A stretch of 64,000 nucleotides of DNA from a virus (Duplodnaviria > Heunggongvirae > Uroviricota > Caudoviricetes), in the IMG/VR virus record IMGVR_UViG_3300044712_002337, positions 82,564 to 146,563 of that record. One strand, 5' to 3'. A program made the translations under genes and the position numbers. Below are positions 26,187 through 34,691 of the stretch, in pieces. Under the pieces are notes generated by a model that worked only from the letters and a program-made list of their open reading frames with translations, was not told where the DNA came from and did not search any database. Position 1 is the stretch's first letter; each line of letters starts with the position of its first letter.

Positions 26187-26395
26187 AAGAGGTGCTGGCC
26201 GCCGCGGTCGGGCTGGCGACGCTCGCCGGCCTGGGGGCGGCGGCCGCCCCGGTCGCCCTCGCCCTGGTCGAGCCGCGGGTGTTCACCCCCCGGCGGGCGG
26301 CCGCCCTGGCGGCCGGCGGCCTGGCGGTGGCGGCGGCGGCCCTGGCCGCCGGGTACGCGGGCGGGCTGCGGTGGTCCCCCCTGGGGCCGCAGTAA
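26171..26395 (+). CDS. hypothetical Ala-rich small membrane protein
   Basis: TTG start overlapping methylase end; hydrophobic Ala/Leu-rich. Confidence 0.25.
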   Translation: MDVVLEEVLAAAVGLATLAGLGAAAAPVALALVEPRVFTPRRAAALAAGGLAVAAAALAAGYAGGLRWSPLGPQ

Positions 26396-27640
26396 ACGAC
26401 CGCCGGCTTCAGCCGGCGGCTTTGTGCCTCAGCGGTCTGGGCACTGATATGGGTGGTTTACGGCACCCCTAGCCGCGATGTTGCGCGCGGCGTTCTGGTC
26501 GGCGTGGGCGGCGTGCCCGCACGACGTACAGGAGAAGCGGTCTTGGGACTTCCGGCTCGCCTTGTCGATGTGCCCGCAGGCGAAGCACGTCCGCGACGTG
26601 TTGCGGGGGTCCACCGCCACCAGCGGCACCCCGGCCAACTTCGCCTTGTAGGTGAGGCAGTGCCGGAGGTGGTGGAACGCCCAGTTGGACAGCCGGGAGC
26701 GGTGCCGCGTGCGAACCGTTTTCTCCGTCCTGGTGCGGACGCCGTTGAGGTCTTCGACGGCGATACCCACGCCCAGACGGAGTGCCTTGGCGACAACCGT
26801 TTTGGAGATGCGGTGGTTCTCCCCCTTTTGGTAACGGGACTGCTTACCGGCGAGCGCCTTCAGCCGCCGCTTGGCGGACTTGGTTCCCCGGCGTTGGAAG
26901 CTTTGACGGGCCTTCAGGTGCCGCTTGCGGTGGCGTTCCACGTCCGCCCCGGTGTGCCGCTCGCCCTCGGAATCGGTGAGGACGTTGGCGATGCCCAAAT
27001 CCACCCCGAGGAAGGCCGACACCTCGGCGGCGGGCGGTTCGGGCACGTCGGCGGTGCAGTACAGGAAGAACTTCCCCCCGCGGTACACCAAGTCGGCCTG
27101 CCCCTTGAGGGCGTGCAGCGTGCCCGTGAAGTAGTCGCCGGCCACGTAGGGCACCAAAATCCGCCCGCCCATCGTGAGCAGGCTCACCCGGTCGACGCCC
27201 TTGAAGGAGAACGTCCGCTGGTCGTAGGTGACAGCCCCCAGGGGTTTGAACACCGGGCACTGGGTCTTGTCGCGGGCGAAGCACTCGACCGCCTTGCCGA
27301 TGGCGCGGACGGCGGTCTGCGAGGACACGCCGAACGTGTCCCGGAGGGCGCGGTAGCAGAGCTTGTGGATGGACGGCTGGGAGAACACCCGGTTCTCAAA
27401 CCCCACCCGCGCCGCTTCGGTGGCGGCGGCGTTGAAGGCCCGCATGTACGCGAGCAGGGCTGGCGCTTGCCCGGCGTCCGGCAGCAGTTTGATTTGCACG
27501 ACGAGTTTCACGACGGCATTTTAGGATGCCGTTTGTCCGTAATCAACCCCGGAGAGCGGCTTACCTCTGTCGCCTGAAGGCGACAGTCTCACGCCGCGAA
27601 TTTATGAGAGCGGGCTGTCGCCCGCATGTTAAAAAGGAAA
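26396..27640 (-). mobile_element. IS200/IS605-family element carrying tnpB copy 3; boundaries approximate
   Basis: 5' subterminal hairpins CTGTCGCCttcaGGCGACAG and GGCATcctaaaATGCC; 3' hairpin GCCGCCGGCTgaaGCCGGCGG. Confidence 0.5.
26429..27511 (-). CDS. tnpB: TnpB (OrfB) RNA-guided nuclease, IS200/IS605 family, copy 3
   Basis: GVDLGIANV, AVEDL, CFACGH...CTSCG zinc finger, HADQNAARNI. Confidence 0.85.
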   Translation of the reverse strand: MKLVVQIKLLPDAGQAPALLAYMRAFNAAATEAARVGFENRVFSQPSIHKLCYRALRDTFGVSSQTAVRAIGKAVECFARDKTQCPVFKPLGAVTYDQRTFSFKGVDRVSLLTMGGRILVPYVAGDYFTGTLHALKGQADLVYRGGKFFLYCTADVPEPPAAEVSAFLGVDLGIANVLTDSEGERHTGADVERHRKRHLKARQSFQRRGTKSAKRRLKALAGKQSRYQKGENHRISKTVVAKALRLGVGIAVEDLNGVRTRTEKTVRTRHRSRLSNWAFHHLRHCLTYKAKLAGVPLVAVDPRNTSRTCFACGHIDKASRKSQDRFSCTSCGHAAHADQNAARNIAARGAVNHPYQCPDR

Positions 27641-27645
27641 AACCA
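27610..27645. repeat. cassette: hairpin GCGGGCtgtcGCCCGC + ATGTTAAAAAGGAAAAACC + ATG
   Basis: abuts 5' end of IS copy 3. Confidence 0.55.
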
Positions 27646-27809
27646 TGACCGTGACGCTGATTGCCGCCGCCGTCCTGTGCGGCATCGTCGGGGTGGGCGG
27701 GGCGATGGAGTTGACGCTCGACGCCCCCTCCCGGTCCGCCTGGGTGCGGTTCGGGGTGGGCGCCACCGGACTCCTCCTCTGCGGCGGACTATTTTCCCTT
27801 TTAAAATAG
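27646..27809 (+). CDS. hypothetical small membrane protein
   Basis: 54-aa hydrophobic ORF between two cassette copies; TAG stop lies inside TTTTCCCTTTTAAAATAG. Confidence 0.3.
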
Positions 27810-27827
27810 CTTTCGCGGAGTCGCCCC

Positions 27828-28238
27828 GTGATACGAGCGTGCGAACTGTGCGGCCGGCCGGCGGTGAGCTGGTACGCCGCCCGCCGGGCGGCCCGGGCCG
27901 CCCCGCCCTTCCGCCGGCGGATGCGGGCCCCCAAGGTGCGGAAGGACCACCCCCTGTGCCCGGGGTGCCACAGCCGGACGAACCAGCCCAACTACCTGTG
28001 GGAGAGAAGACCGATGTACGGGGTGGGAGAGTACGTGTACGCGGCCGAGTTCAACCCCGCCCGGGTGTACTGCGGGCGGGTGGTGTCGGCCGACCGGGTG
28101 GGGGTGTGCCTGCTCGGGCCGGACGACCGGGTGGCGTTCGTCCCGGCCGACCGGGTGTTCCGCACGGCCGAGGCGGCCACCGCCGAGGCGGCCCGGCTGG
28201 CGGCCGAGTGGGAGGCGGTGCGAGGCCGGGCGGGGTAG
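27828..28238 (+). CDS. hypothetical zinc-ribbon protein
   Basis: CELCG...CPGCH; GTG preceded by CGCGGAGTCGCCCC leader variant. Confidence 0.45.
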   Translation: MIRACELCGRPAVSWYAARRAARAAPPFRRRMRAPKVRKDHPLCPGCHSRTNQPNYLWERRPMYGVGEYVYAAEFNPARVYCGRVVSADRVGVCLLGPDDRVAFVPADRVFRTAEAATAEAARLAAEWEAVRGRAG

Positions 28239-28279
28239 AAGCGGTCGCCCCCTTCGGACCCCGCGAGGCGCAGCCGAGC

Positions 28280-28477
28280 ATGAAGTACTCCGTCACCGTG
28301 TTCGACAAGCACACCAACGACGAGTTCGTCGCCCCCCAGGCGGGCAAGAACCCGGACGCCGCCCTGTCCGCCCTGCGGGCCGCCCTGGCGGCCGACTACG
28401 GGCTGGACGAGGAGGGGTACGACGCCCGTTTCTACGTGCGGCGAATCGTCCCGGCCAAGCCGTCGGGCGCGAAGTAG
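28280..28477 (+). CDS. hypothetical small protein
   Basis: ATG preceded by CCGCGAGGCGCAGCCGAGC leader variant. Confidence 0.35.
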   Translation: MKYSVTVFDKHTNDEFVAPQAGKNPDAALSALRAALAADYGLDEEGYDARFYVRRIVPAKPSGAK

Positions 28478-28536
28478 GCTTCCCCTTTTCGGGCAATTCC
28501 CCTCCCGCCCCGGCCCCCGCCGGGGTATCCCCTTTC

Positions 28537-28941
28537 ATGGACACGCCACGCTTCGACTCGACCGGTGCCGTCTCGGCCGTAGGCGGCGGGGCGCTCGGCG
28601 CCATCGCCGCGCTCGCCATCCGCCAGCCGGCCACCGTCCGGGAGGCGGCGTGGCGGGCGTTCGCCGGCGTCTCCCTGGCCTTCGCGTTCACCGGCCTGGT
28701 GTGCGAGTGGGTCGGGCTGCCGCCGGACAACTACCACCGGGTGCTGGCCGTCGGGTTCGGCCTCGGGTTCGGCGGGTGGGTGCTGCTGTCCATCGCCATG
28801 ACCGCCCTGGACGCCGCCCAGGAGTACTGCCGGAAGAACGGGCTGCTCGGCGGGTTCGACTACATCCTGAAGATGGTGACGTTCATCCGGGGCGGCGGCC
28901 AGCCCCCGGCCCCCCCGGCGGACTCCGGAGAGAAGAAATGA
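28537..28941 (+). CDS. hypothetical membrane protein
   Basis: multiple hydrophobic segments. Confidence 0.45.
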   Translation: MDTPRFDSTGAVSAVGGGALGAIAALAIRQPATVREAAWRAFAGVSLAFAFTGLVCEWVGLPPDNYHRVLAVGFGLGFGGWVLLSIAMTALDAAQEYCRKNGLLGGFDYILKMVTFIRGGGQPPAPPADSGEKK

Positions 28942-29285
28942 CCGTCGAGCAGACCCTGACGTCGGCCACCTTCGTCCTGTCCGCCGGCCTCGCCGGGGCG
29001 GGCGCGGTCGGCATGTTCTCCGTCTTCCGGCGGTTCCGGTACTGGGTGCGGCTGGGGTGCGGGCTGGTGACGCTCTCAGCCGCACTCAACGGGCTGTGCA
29101 TTTACCTGGCGGCCAAGACCGGGGTGGATTTGGGGGAAATTCTCAAGTATAAAAACACGGAAGTGACCGAGCTCGCCCTGGTCACCTCGTGCGCCGTGCT
29201 GATGGGCGCCCTGCTGGCCGGGGCGTACAACGGGCGGGTGCTCGAAGCCCGCCCGGACGAGCCGGTCGAGGTGACGGTCCGCTAA
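28938..29285 (+). CDS. hypothetical membrane protein
   Basis: ATGA overlap; 3 predicted TM segments. Confidence 0.45.
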   Translation: MTVEQTLTSATFVLSAGLAGAGAVGMFSVFRRFRYWVRLGCGLVTLSAALNGLCIYLAAKTGVDLGEILKYKNTEVTELALVTSCAVLMGALLAGAYNGRVLEARPDEPVEVTVR

Positions 29286-29950
29286 CGCGACCGGTTCAGG
29301 TTTCGGAGATACGCCTCGATTAGCGGCTTGTACTTGGGCGGCAGTTCGCGGGTGTACTCCTGCACCACTTTCGCCCGCTCGGCGGGCGGGAGCGTCCCCC
29401 ACACCTCGGCCATCTGCTTGAGCTTCTTCTCGTCCAGCTTCCCCTCCCCGCCCTCGGGCGGGGCGGACGGCCGGTCGTTCGGGCCGATGGGCCGGCCCGG
29501 GGCCTGGGCCTGGGCCTGGGCGTCCGCCCTCTTCCGGTCGGCGTCTTCGAGGTCCCGGATGTTCCGGTCGAGGTCGTCGAGGATTCGCTTCTGCCGGGCC
29601 TGCGTCCCGGCTCCCCCCTTGGCCACGCCCAGCCGCCCGACCACCTCCTTCATCCGGCGGCCGGTGGCCGCCAGGCCCTTCTCCTCCCAGGACGACAGGT
29701 CGTCCAATATCATCTGGCACACGACCCGGTGCCGCTTCTGCGGCGGGCGGAAGGCGTCCACCACGTCCCGGGCGGCCTCCTCGGCCACTTTGCGGTCCAA
29801 AGTGTGGTACGCGGCGACGGCCCGCATGAAGTTCGCCCGCTCGACCCGGGCCGGCGGGCAGTCCGCCTTCAGCAGGGTGAGGGCGGCCTCGTAATCCCCG
29901 GCCGAGAAGGCGGCCGAGGCGGCGGCGAAGAGGGACGTCTTGATGAACAA
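29282..29950 (-). CDS. hypothetical TPR-like helical protein
   Basis: TTG start after AGGAGG SD and ATTTTAAAAAG box; helical repeats. Confidence 0.45.
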   Translation of the reverse strand: MFIKTSLFAAASAAFSAGDYEAALTLLKADCPPARVERANFMRAVAAYHTLDRKVAEEAARDVVDAFRPPQKRHRVVCQMILDDLSSWEEKGLAATGRRMKEVVGRLGVAKGGAGTQARQKRILDDLDRNIRDLEDADRKRADAQAQAQAPGRPIGPNDRPSAPPEGGEGKLDEKKLKQMAEVWGTLPPAERAKVVQEYTRELPPKYKPLIEAYLRNLNRSR

Positions 29951-30141
29951 AAGGGTGGCCTCCTACCTTTACTTTTTAAAATAGGTGTTTTAATACGAGA
30001 CCGTAAGGCCGCCCGCACTTCCCGCACGCCCACAGGCGGAACGCGAACTCCGGCCCGGCCGGGAGGACCTTGTCCACGCCGCCGCCGGCCGGCTTCATCG
30101 CCCCGCCACAGCGGGGAGTGCGGCACGCCTTGGGCGGGGCC

Positions 30142-30178
30142 GCGGGGTGGGACCCCGCGATGTTAAAAGGGGAAGTCA
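30142..30178. repeat. cassette: hairpin + GATGTTAAAAGGGGAAGTCA (TGA of minus gene inside) Confidence 0.55.
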
Positions 30179-30925
30179 TCGCACCTCCGGGTGGGCCTCG
30201 TAGAACGCTCGGACGGCGTCCACCACTTGGGCTCCGCCCAACACCCGATTCACCCCGGTTCCACGCATCCCGGGCGCCACGTTGAAGTCGACGGCGTACA
30301 GGCCGGCCCGGCCGGGGGCGAAGTCGACCGCCCAGAGCGGCTTCTTGACGACCGGGTGGAATCCCGCGTTCAGCCGGTAGTCCACCAGGTCGACGTCCCC
30401 TTCCCCGTCGTTGGACATCCAACTCGCTTCGCTCGTGTACAGAAGGTAGAAGGTGTGGGGGCCGACCTGGAGGAGCCGCAGGCTCTCGGCCTTCTCGACG
30501 GGGACACCCCGGTACCCCTTCGGGTGGACGTACGCCGAGCAGTACAGTTGCTTCTCCCGCCAGTACCGGTCGCCGCCGGGCATCCCCATGTGCGGGTTCG
30601 AGGTGATTTGGCACTTGCGGAGCAGCCGCTTCCCTTCCGCGCAGTGGGCCGTCTCGTCGTCGTAGACGACCACCAGGTTGATGGGCGCCCAGGACGGGCC
30701 GCCGACTGAGTCCTGGTACTCCTCCGGCCAGGACCGGTTCATCACGTCGCCGACTAAGCCGTGCGGCGGAGTCTGGAACCCGGCCTCCTCCAGCAGGCGG
30801 AACTGGTCCCGCTTGGGCGGCCCGGTGTGGCCGCCGGTCCGGTCGAACACGACGGCGTCGTCCGACGGCGGGTCGAAGTAGTTGTCGTAGTACTCCCGCC
30901 ACGTGGAGCGGAGCGAAACCTTCAT
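30176..30925 (-). CDS. hypothetical protein
   Basis: internal ATG preceded by GCGAGCGGAGCGAGCA leader, cassette and hairpin. Confidence 0.5.
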   Translation of the reverse strand: MKVSLRSTWREYYDNYFDPPSDDAVVFDRTGGHTGPPKRDQFRLLEEAGFQTPPHGLVGDVMNRSWPEEYQDSVGGPSWAPINLVVVYDDETAHCAEGKRLLRKCQITSNPHMGMPGGDRYWREKQLYCSAYVHPKGYRGVPVEKAESLRLLQVGPHTFYLLYTSEASWMSNDGEGDVDLVDYRLNAGFHPVVKKPLWAVDFAPGRAGLYAVDFNVAPGMRGTGVNRVLGGAQVVDAVRAFYEAHPEVR

Positions 30926-30995
30926 TGCTCGCTCCGCTCGCAAGAAGAGTACGGTTTTCACCTTTTCAAAATTCGGCCCGCAGGGCCAAGAGGCG
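30926..30995. repeat. cassette (minus strand): hairpin GGCCCtgcGGGCC + GAATTTTGAAAAGGTGAAAACC + GCGAGCGGAGCGAGCA + ATG Confidence 0.55.
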
Positions 30996-31271
30996 ACCGC
31001 CCGAATCGAACGGGCCGGACGGAGAGGGGTTGCGCGCGACAACCGGGTTCCCCAGCCGTCACCCACATCTCAACCCGCCACCCCAGTGGGGTCGCCATGA
31101 CGAGGCCCGCGGGGCCCCGACCGGTTCACCCCGGGGAGGTTTTCCGGGGGCCGGCTGCCGCTGATGTCGGCGAGCTCAGTCGGCTCGCTCACGACTGCCC
31201 GGCCGGGTTGCGACCCCGCGGTCGCCAGTCAGCGGTCGGTCTCGCCCCGTCGCCGGGCGTTCTCTGGGGGC

Positions 31272-31490
31272 TTATGGGGCTACGCCCCCACCACAGCACC
31301 CGTCAGCCACCTTGCACATCTGTTTGGTGTTCATGGTGACGAGCGGCTTGTACGCCCCGCCCAGCGGCTCGTCGATGACCTCGACGGTCACGTTGCAGGC
31401 CTCCTCGCCCGGGCAGACGGCGGTCACCCGGCAGCGGACGACCACCTCGTCCCCGACCTTGATTTCGCGGTTGTTCTTGTCGTGCGGCAC
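31272..31490 (-). CDS. hypothetical small protein
   Basis: 72-aa ORF. Confidence 0.35.
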   Translation of the reverse strand: MPHDKNNREIKVGDEVVVRCRVTAVCPGEEACNVTVEVIDEPLGGAYKPLVTMNTKQMCKVADGCCGGGVAP

Positions 31491-31534
31491 CGCTCGGTCT
31501 CCTCGCGGAAAGATTCAGGTGGCGGCTACGCCGC

Positions 31535-32404
31535 TCACTTTTTGGGTTCAGCCGTTTTGAACACCGGCATGCCGTCGGGGCCGGTCGGAATGTAGATGGT
31601 CGCGTTGTTGTGCTTCGCACTCTCCTTCAACGCCTCGATCCACAAGTATTTGAGGTAGTTCTCGTCCAGGTCCTTCTTGATAATTTGCTGGGCGTCGGCG
31701 ATACCCTTGGCCTCAATCACCTTCGCCTCCGCCTCCAGTTCCTTCTGCCGCTTGTTCGCCATCGCCTCCTGCTCCCGCTGCTTGAACACGCTCTGCATGC
31801 GGAGGGCGTCCTGCTCGGCGGCCACCTTCGCCTCCACCCGCCCGGTCACCACGGCCGGCAGAATCGGGTCCTGGAGCATGACCGACTCGCACACGAACCC
31901 GCGGTCGCCGAGTTCTTTCCCCACCCGTGCCAGAATCTGATTCTCCACCGTCTGCCGGTCGACCGTGTACAGGGCCTCCGGGGCGAACTCGGCGCACACG
32001 TCGCGGACGGCGTTCTTGAAGTACAGGTCGATGATTTTCTCCTCGTACTTCTCGCCGAACTCCTTAATCACCCGCGGGGCTTCGGCCGGGTTCAGCCGGT
32101 ACAGCAGGTACGCCTTCACCTGGACGGACAACCCGCCCTTCGTCGGCACCGTGGCCGGCTCCTCGTTCTTCTCCGTCTGGACGCTCAGCCGATTGACCGA
32201 CGCCCACGGGCGGACCAGGTACGGGCCGCCGGCCGACAGCGGGGTCGGGCTCACGTCGCCGAACGAGGTGATGACACCTACGTGCCCCGGCGGGACAGAC
32301 CATACAACCGAGAGGAGGAGGGTGAAGAGGGCCGTCACCCCCAAAACCAGGGCGACAATCCCGAGGACAGCTTTTGCATCCCGACTCATGTGAAAATTTT
32401 CCAT
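31535..32404 (-). CDS. SPFH/band-7 (prohibitin/HflC-like) membrane protein
   Basis: N-terminal TM then SPFH-like core and coiled-coil tail; ATG inside AATTTTAAAATGG cassette. Confidence 0.7.
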   Translation of the reverse strand: MENFHMSRDAKAVLGIVALVLGVTALFTLLLSVVWSVPPGHVGVITSFGDVSPTPLSAGGPYLVRPWASVNRLSVQTEKNEEPATVPTKGGLSVQVKAYLLYRLNPAEAPRVIKEFGEKYEEKIIDLYFKNAVRDVCAEFAPEALYTVDRQTVENQILARVGKELGDRGFVCESVMLQDPILPAVVTGRVEAKVAAEQDALRMQSVFKQREQEAMANKRQKELEAEAKVIEAKGIADAQQIIKKDLDENYLKYLWIEALKESAKHNNATIYIPTGPDGMPVFKTAEPKK

Positions 32405-32451
32405 TTTAAAATTGGCGGCTACACCGCCCGGAGGCTGTGAAGTGTCTCCAC

Positions 32452-32781
32452 TCAGCCGATTACGTTATCCGGCGGCCAGGCGAACTTGACCACGGTGATG
32501 GGCTGCTCGTCGGCGAAGCCGGGGTGCCACTCCTTCTGGCGGGCCCGCATGCCGGCGGCCGACCCGAACCCGTACGACCGGGCCTCCTCGTCGCTCACGT
32601 CCGCCAGGCGGGTGTGGACCACCTCGCGGACGGTCACCACCACCGCGTTCAGCGGGTCGGCCGGGTCCTCCAGCAGGAGCTGGCCGGCGGCCACCGGCGG
32701 GTTGTCCGCCCGCACGGTCGCCCTCTTCTTGCCGGCGCGAATCAGGTCCAACTGGTCCGGCCGGAGTTTCAACGTCTGCAT
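32452..32781 (-). CDS. ASCH-domain protein
   Basis: MQTLKLRPDQLDLIRAGKKRATVRAD N-terminal ASCH/PUA-like pattern; ATG after hairpin plus ATGTTAAAAGGGCGAAGCCC. Confidence 0.5.
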   Translation of the reverse strand: MQTLKLRPDQLDLIRAGKKRATVRADNPPVAAGQLLLEDPADPLNAVVVTVREVVHTRLADVSDEEARSYGFGSAAGMRARQKEWHPGFADEQPITVVKFAWPPDNVIG

Positions 32782-32828
32782 GGGCTTCGCCCTTTTAACA
32801 TGGGGCGGCGAACGCCGCCCGCGGGGGA
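32782..32828. repeat. cassette (minus strand): hairpin GGGCGGCGttcGCCGCCC + ATGTTAAAAGGGCGAAGCCC + ATG Confidence 0.55.
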
Positions 32829-33230
32829 CTAACGGTCGGCGGGGGAGGACGGGTGGTTCTTGTCCAGCTCGCACAGCTTGTCGAGCACCACCGCGTTCGG
32901 GGCGACGGCCACCTTCACCGCCCGCTGGGCGTGCGGGTAGGCGAGGAACACGAAGAAGGCCACGGCCGCGGACTGCATGACCGTGCCGTACACGTTCACG
33001 AACCGGCGGGCGGCGGTCCCAAGGGCGGGGAACCCGCCCCGCACCAGCTGGGTGCCGACGGCGAACACCACCGCCGCGTACGCGGTGTACAGGAGGAAAG
33101 TCGCCACGGAGTCGACCAGGGCGAACCGCAGGTACTGGTCAATCGTCGTCATCGCCTGGTCGGGGGCGGCGGCCGCCAGGGGCCGGGCGCCGGCGTCGAG
33201 CACGTCGCGGTAGGACACGGGAATCCTCAC
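32829..33230 (-). CDS. hypothetical membrane protein
   Basis: hydrophobic segments. Confidence 0.45.
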   Translation of the reverse strand: MRIPVSYRDVLDAGARPLAAAAPDQAMTTIDQYLRFALVDSVATFLLYTAYAAVVFAVGTQLVRGGFPALGTAARRFVNVYGTVMQSAAVAFFVFLAYPHAQRAVKVAVAPNAVVLDKLCELDKNHPSSPADR

Positions 33231-33571
33231 GGGGTGGCGGGTTCGAACCGGACGACGGTGATGAAGTCGTTCCGGTCGAACTCGGGGTGGCGGTCGGACT
33301 GAATCTCGCTAATCCGGTCGGCCGAGCGGAACCCGAGGCGGCGGGCCTGCTCGTCCGTCATGCCGTTCAGCAGGGTGTAGGTGACCTCGGTGACGCGGAC
33401 CCGGCGGCCCTCGACCAGCCCGTTCGGGACGGCCCCCGAAGGGGACCGGTTGGGGAGGAACAGGAGCGGCCCGGGGGACACGTCCAGCTTGCCCCAGCGG
33501 GCGGTGGTGCGTTTCGTCCCCTGGTCAATCAGGGGGAACTGGTCGGCGTCGAGGTAGAGGGTCTGGCTCAC
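33227..33571 (-). CDS. ASCH-like protein (second copy)
   Basis: similar size and pattern to 32452..32781. Confidence 0.4.
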   Translation of the reverse strand: MSQTLYLDADQFPLIDQGTKRTTARWGKLDVSPGPLLFLPNRSPSGAVPNGLVEGRRVRVTEVTYTLLNGMTDEQARRLGFRSADRISEIQSDRHPEFDRNDFITVVRFEPATP

Positions 33572-33572
33572 G

Positions 33573-33911
33573 TCAGGCTCCGGCGGGCGACAGGGGAATG
33601 ATGGCTCCTACGACCTGGTCGGCGGCCCGCGTCTGCGTGTCCAGGTCCACGAGGGCGTCCCCCAGGTCACACTTTTCGGCCGCGTGCACGCCGTCCACGA
33701 CGCCCCTCGCCATGCCCGCGGCCATAGACATCTTGGCGTACGCCGCCCACAGCTTCTCCCGCCCGGCCGCTTCGGCCGCACACTCCCCCAACGCCGCCTC
33801 GAACCGGGCCTTGTAATCGTCCGGGTCGACCTGCCCGCTCGCCCGGTAGTCGGCGGCGACGGCCCCGAGGAGTTCGCCGAACAGGCCGGCCAGCTTGATG
33901 ACGGCGGTCAT
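33573..33911 (-). CDS. hypothetical protein
   Basis: internal ATG (MTAVIKLAG) after GGGGAAAACC. Confidence 0.4.
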   Translation of the reverse strand: MTAVIKLAGLFGELLGAVAADYRASGQVDPDDYKARFEAALGECAAEAAGREKLWAAYAKMSMAAGMARGVVDGVHAAEKCDLGDALVDLDTQTRAADQVVGAIIPLSPAGA

Positions 33912-34219
33912 TTGGTTTTCCCCAGGAGGGACTTCTCCACCCACCCGTACCCGACCCCGTCCAGGTGGGCCCAGGCGAAGTTCGGGCCGGGGGCGGTGCC
34001 GACGGGCGTGGCCCCCAGGGCGGACTTCGGCGGGGCGAAGGTGGCGGCCAACCGCTGAACCGGCCGCGGGGCGACCGCGCCGAACTGGACCGACCCGCCG
34101 AGCGGGCCGGACAGGGTCACCCCGAACCCGGGCCGGCACTGGCCGCCGGGGCACTGGGCCTGAGCGGCCGCCACTCCGAGGGCCGACGTGAACAAGGCGA
34201 GTGCCGTCTTCGTGACCAT
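33908..34219 (-). CDS. hypothetical small secreted Cys-containing protein
   Basis: signal-peptide-like N-terminus MVTKTALALFTSALGVAAAQA. Confidence 0.4.
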   Translation of the reverse strand: MVTKTALALFTSALGVAAAQAQCPGGQCRPGFGVTLSGPLGGSVQFGAVAPRPVQRLAATFAPPKSALGATPVGTAPGPNFAWAHLDGVGYGWVEKSLLGKTK

Positions 34220-34244
34220 GAACTTCGTCCTTTTTGAAGGGAAC

Positions 34245-34431
34245 GACCCCGAGGGGTCAGTGCGGCGGGATGGGGTCGAACCACCGCGCCCGGCTTGCTT
34301 AGGGCCGTTGCTCTTGCGGCACACTTTCTCGGAAGCGGTATGGCGCCATTCTCGCTCCCGTTCCGGTGAACCGCCCCGGTCCCGCCCGTCTGCAAAACGG
34401 TCAAGGTAACCGGCCTGCTGAGCTACCGCCG
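34245..34431 (-). ncRNA. tRNA-like structured RNA (perfect 7-bp acceptor GCGGCGG/CCGCCGC, T-arm GGTGG-TTCGACC-CCATC, TGC anticodon-like hairpin) with ~100-nt extra region
   Basis: acceptor/T-arm/U8-A9-GCTC elements found by eye; not a canonical tRNA. Confidence 0.3.
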
Positions 34432-34486
34432 CATGGAGGCCCGGGCGTGAGAACCACCGACGGGGGCCGAAGCCCCGCCCAGGCCA

Positions 34487-34553
34487 GTCGGAGGTAAGGG
34501 AGTCGAACACCTTCCACCCGGGTTATGAGCCCGGGGCGAGCACCGGCCCACCT
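34487..34553 (-). ncRNA. tRNA-like element with CAT anticodon stem-loop (CCGGG-CTCATAA-CCCGG), non-canonical D/T arms
   Basis: acceptor GGAGGTG/TACCTCC with G-U; anticodon loop canonical; T-arm fails. Confidence 0.25.
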
Positions 34554-34575
34554 CCGCCGTCACGTCAACACCCGC

Positions 34576-34603
34576 ATATTAACTGTTTTTATAAAGTAGT
34601 CAA
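34576..34603 (-). promoter_or_regulatory. sigma-70-like promoter driving the tRNA-like RNAs / downstream operon
   Basis: minus strand TTGACT -N16- TAATAT. Confidence 0.5.
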
Positions 34604-34690
34604 CACGACTTCGTCGTGATTTTAAAAGGGGTGACTCACACGGGCGATTTTCCTCTTTTAACAGGCGGGCCCCGCCCGCGGGGTGTCCCC
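34604..34690. repeat. composite cassette: GATTTTAAAAGGGGTGACTCA ... GATTTTCCTCTTTTAACAG + hairpins GCGGGCcccGCCCGC / GCGGGGtgtCCCCGC after dnaE-C stop Confidence 0.5.
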
Positions 34691-34691
34691 G

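Noticed and set aside
34245-34553. tmRNA (ssrA) interpretation of the tRNA-like region
   Set aside because: No plausible tag-peptide reading frame ending in hydrophobic Ala-Ala-stop; length and helix layout do not fit tmRNA.
34487-34553. Canonical tRNA-Met call
   Set aside because: Anticodon arm and acceptor fit but no acceptable T-stem (AGGTG vs CCCTT) or D-stem; kept only as a tRNA-like element.
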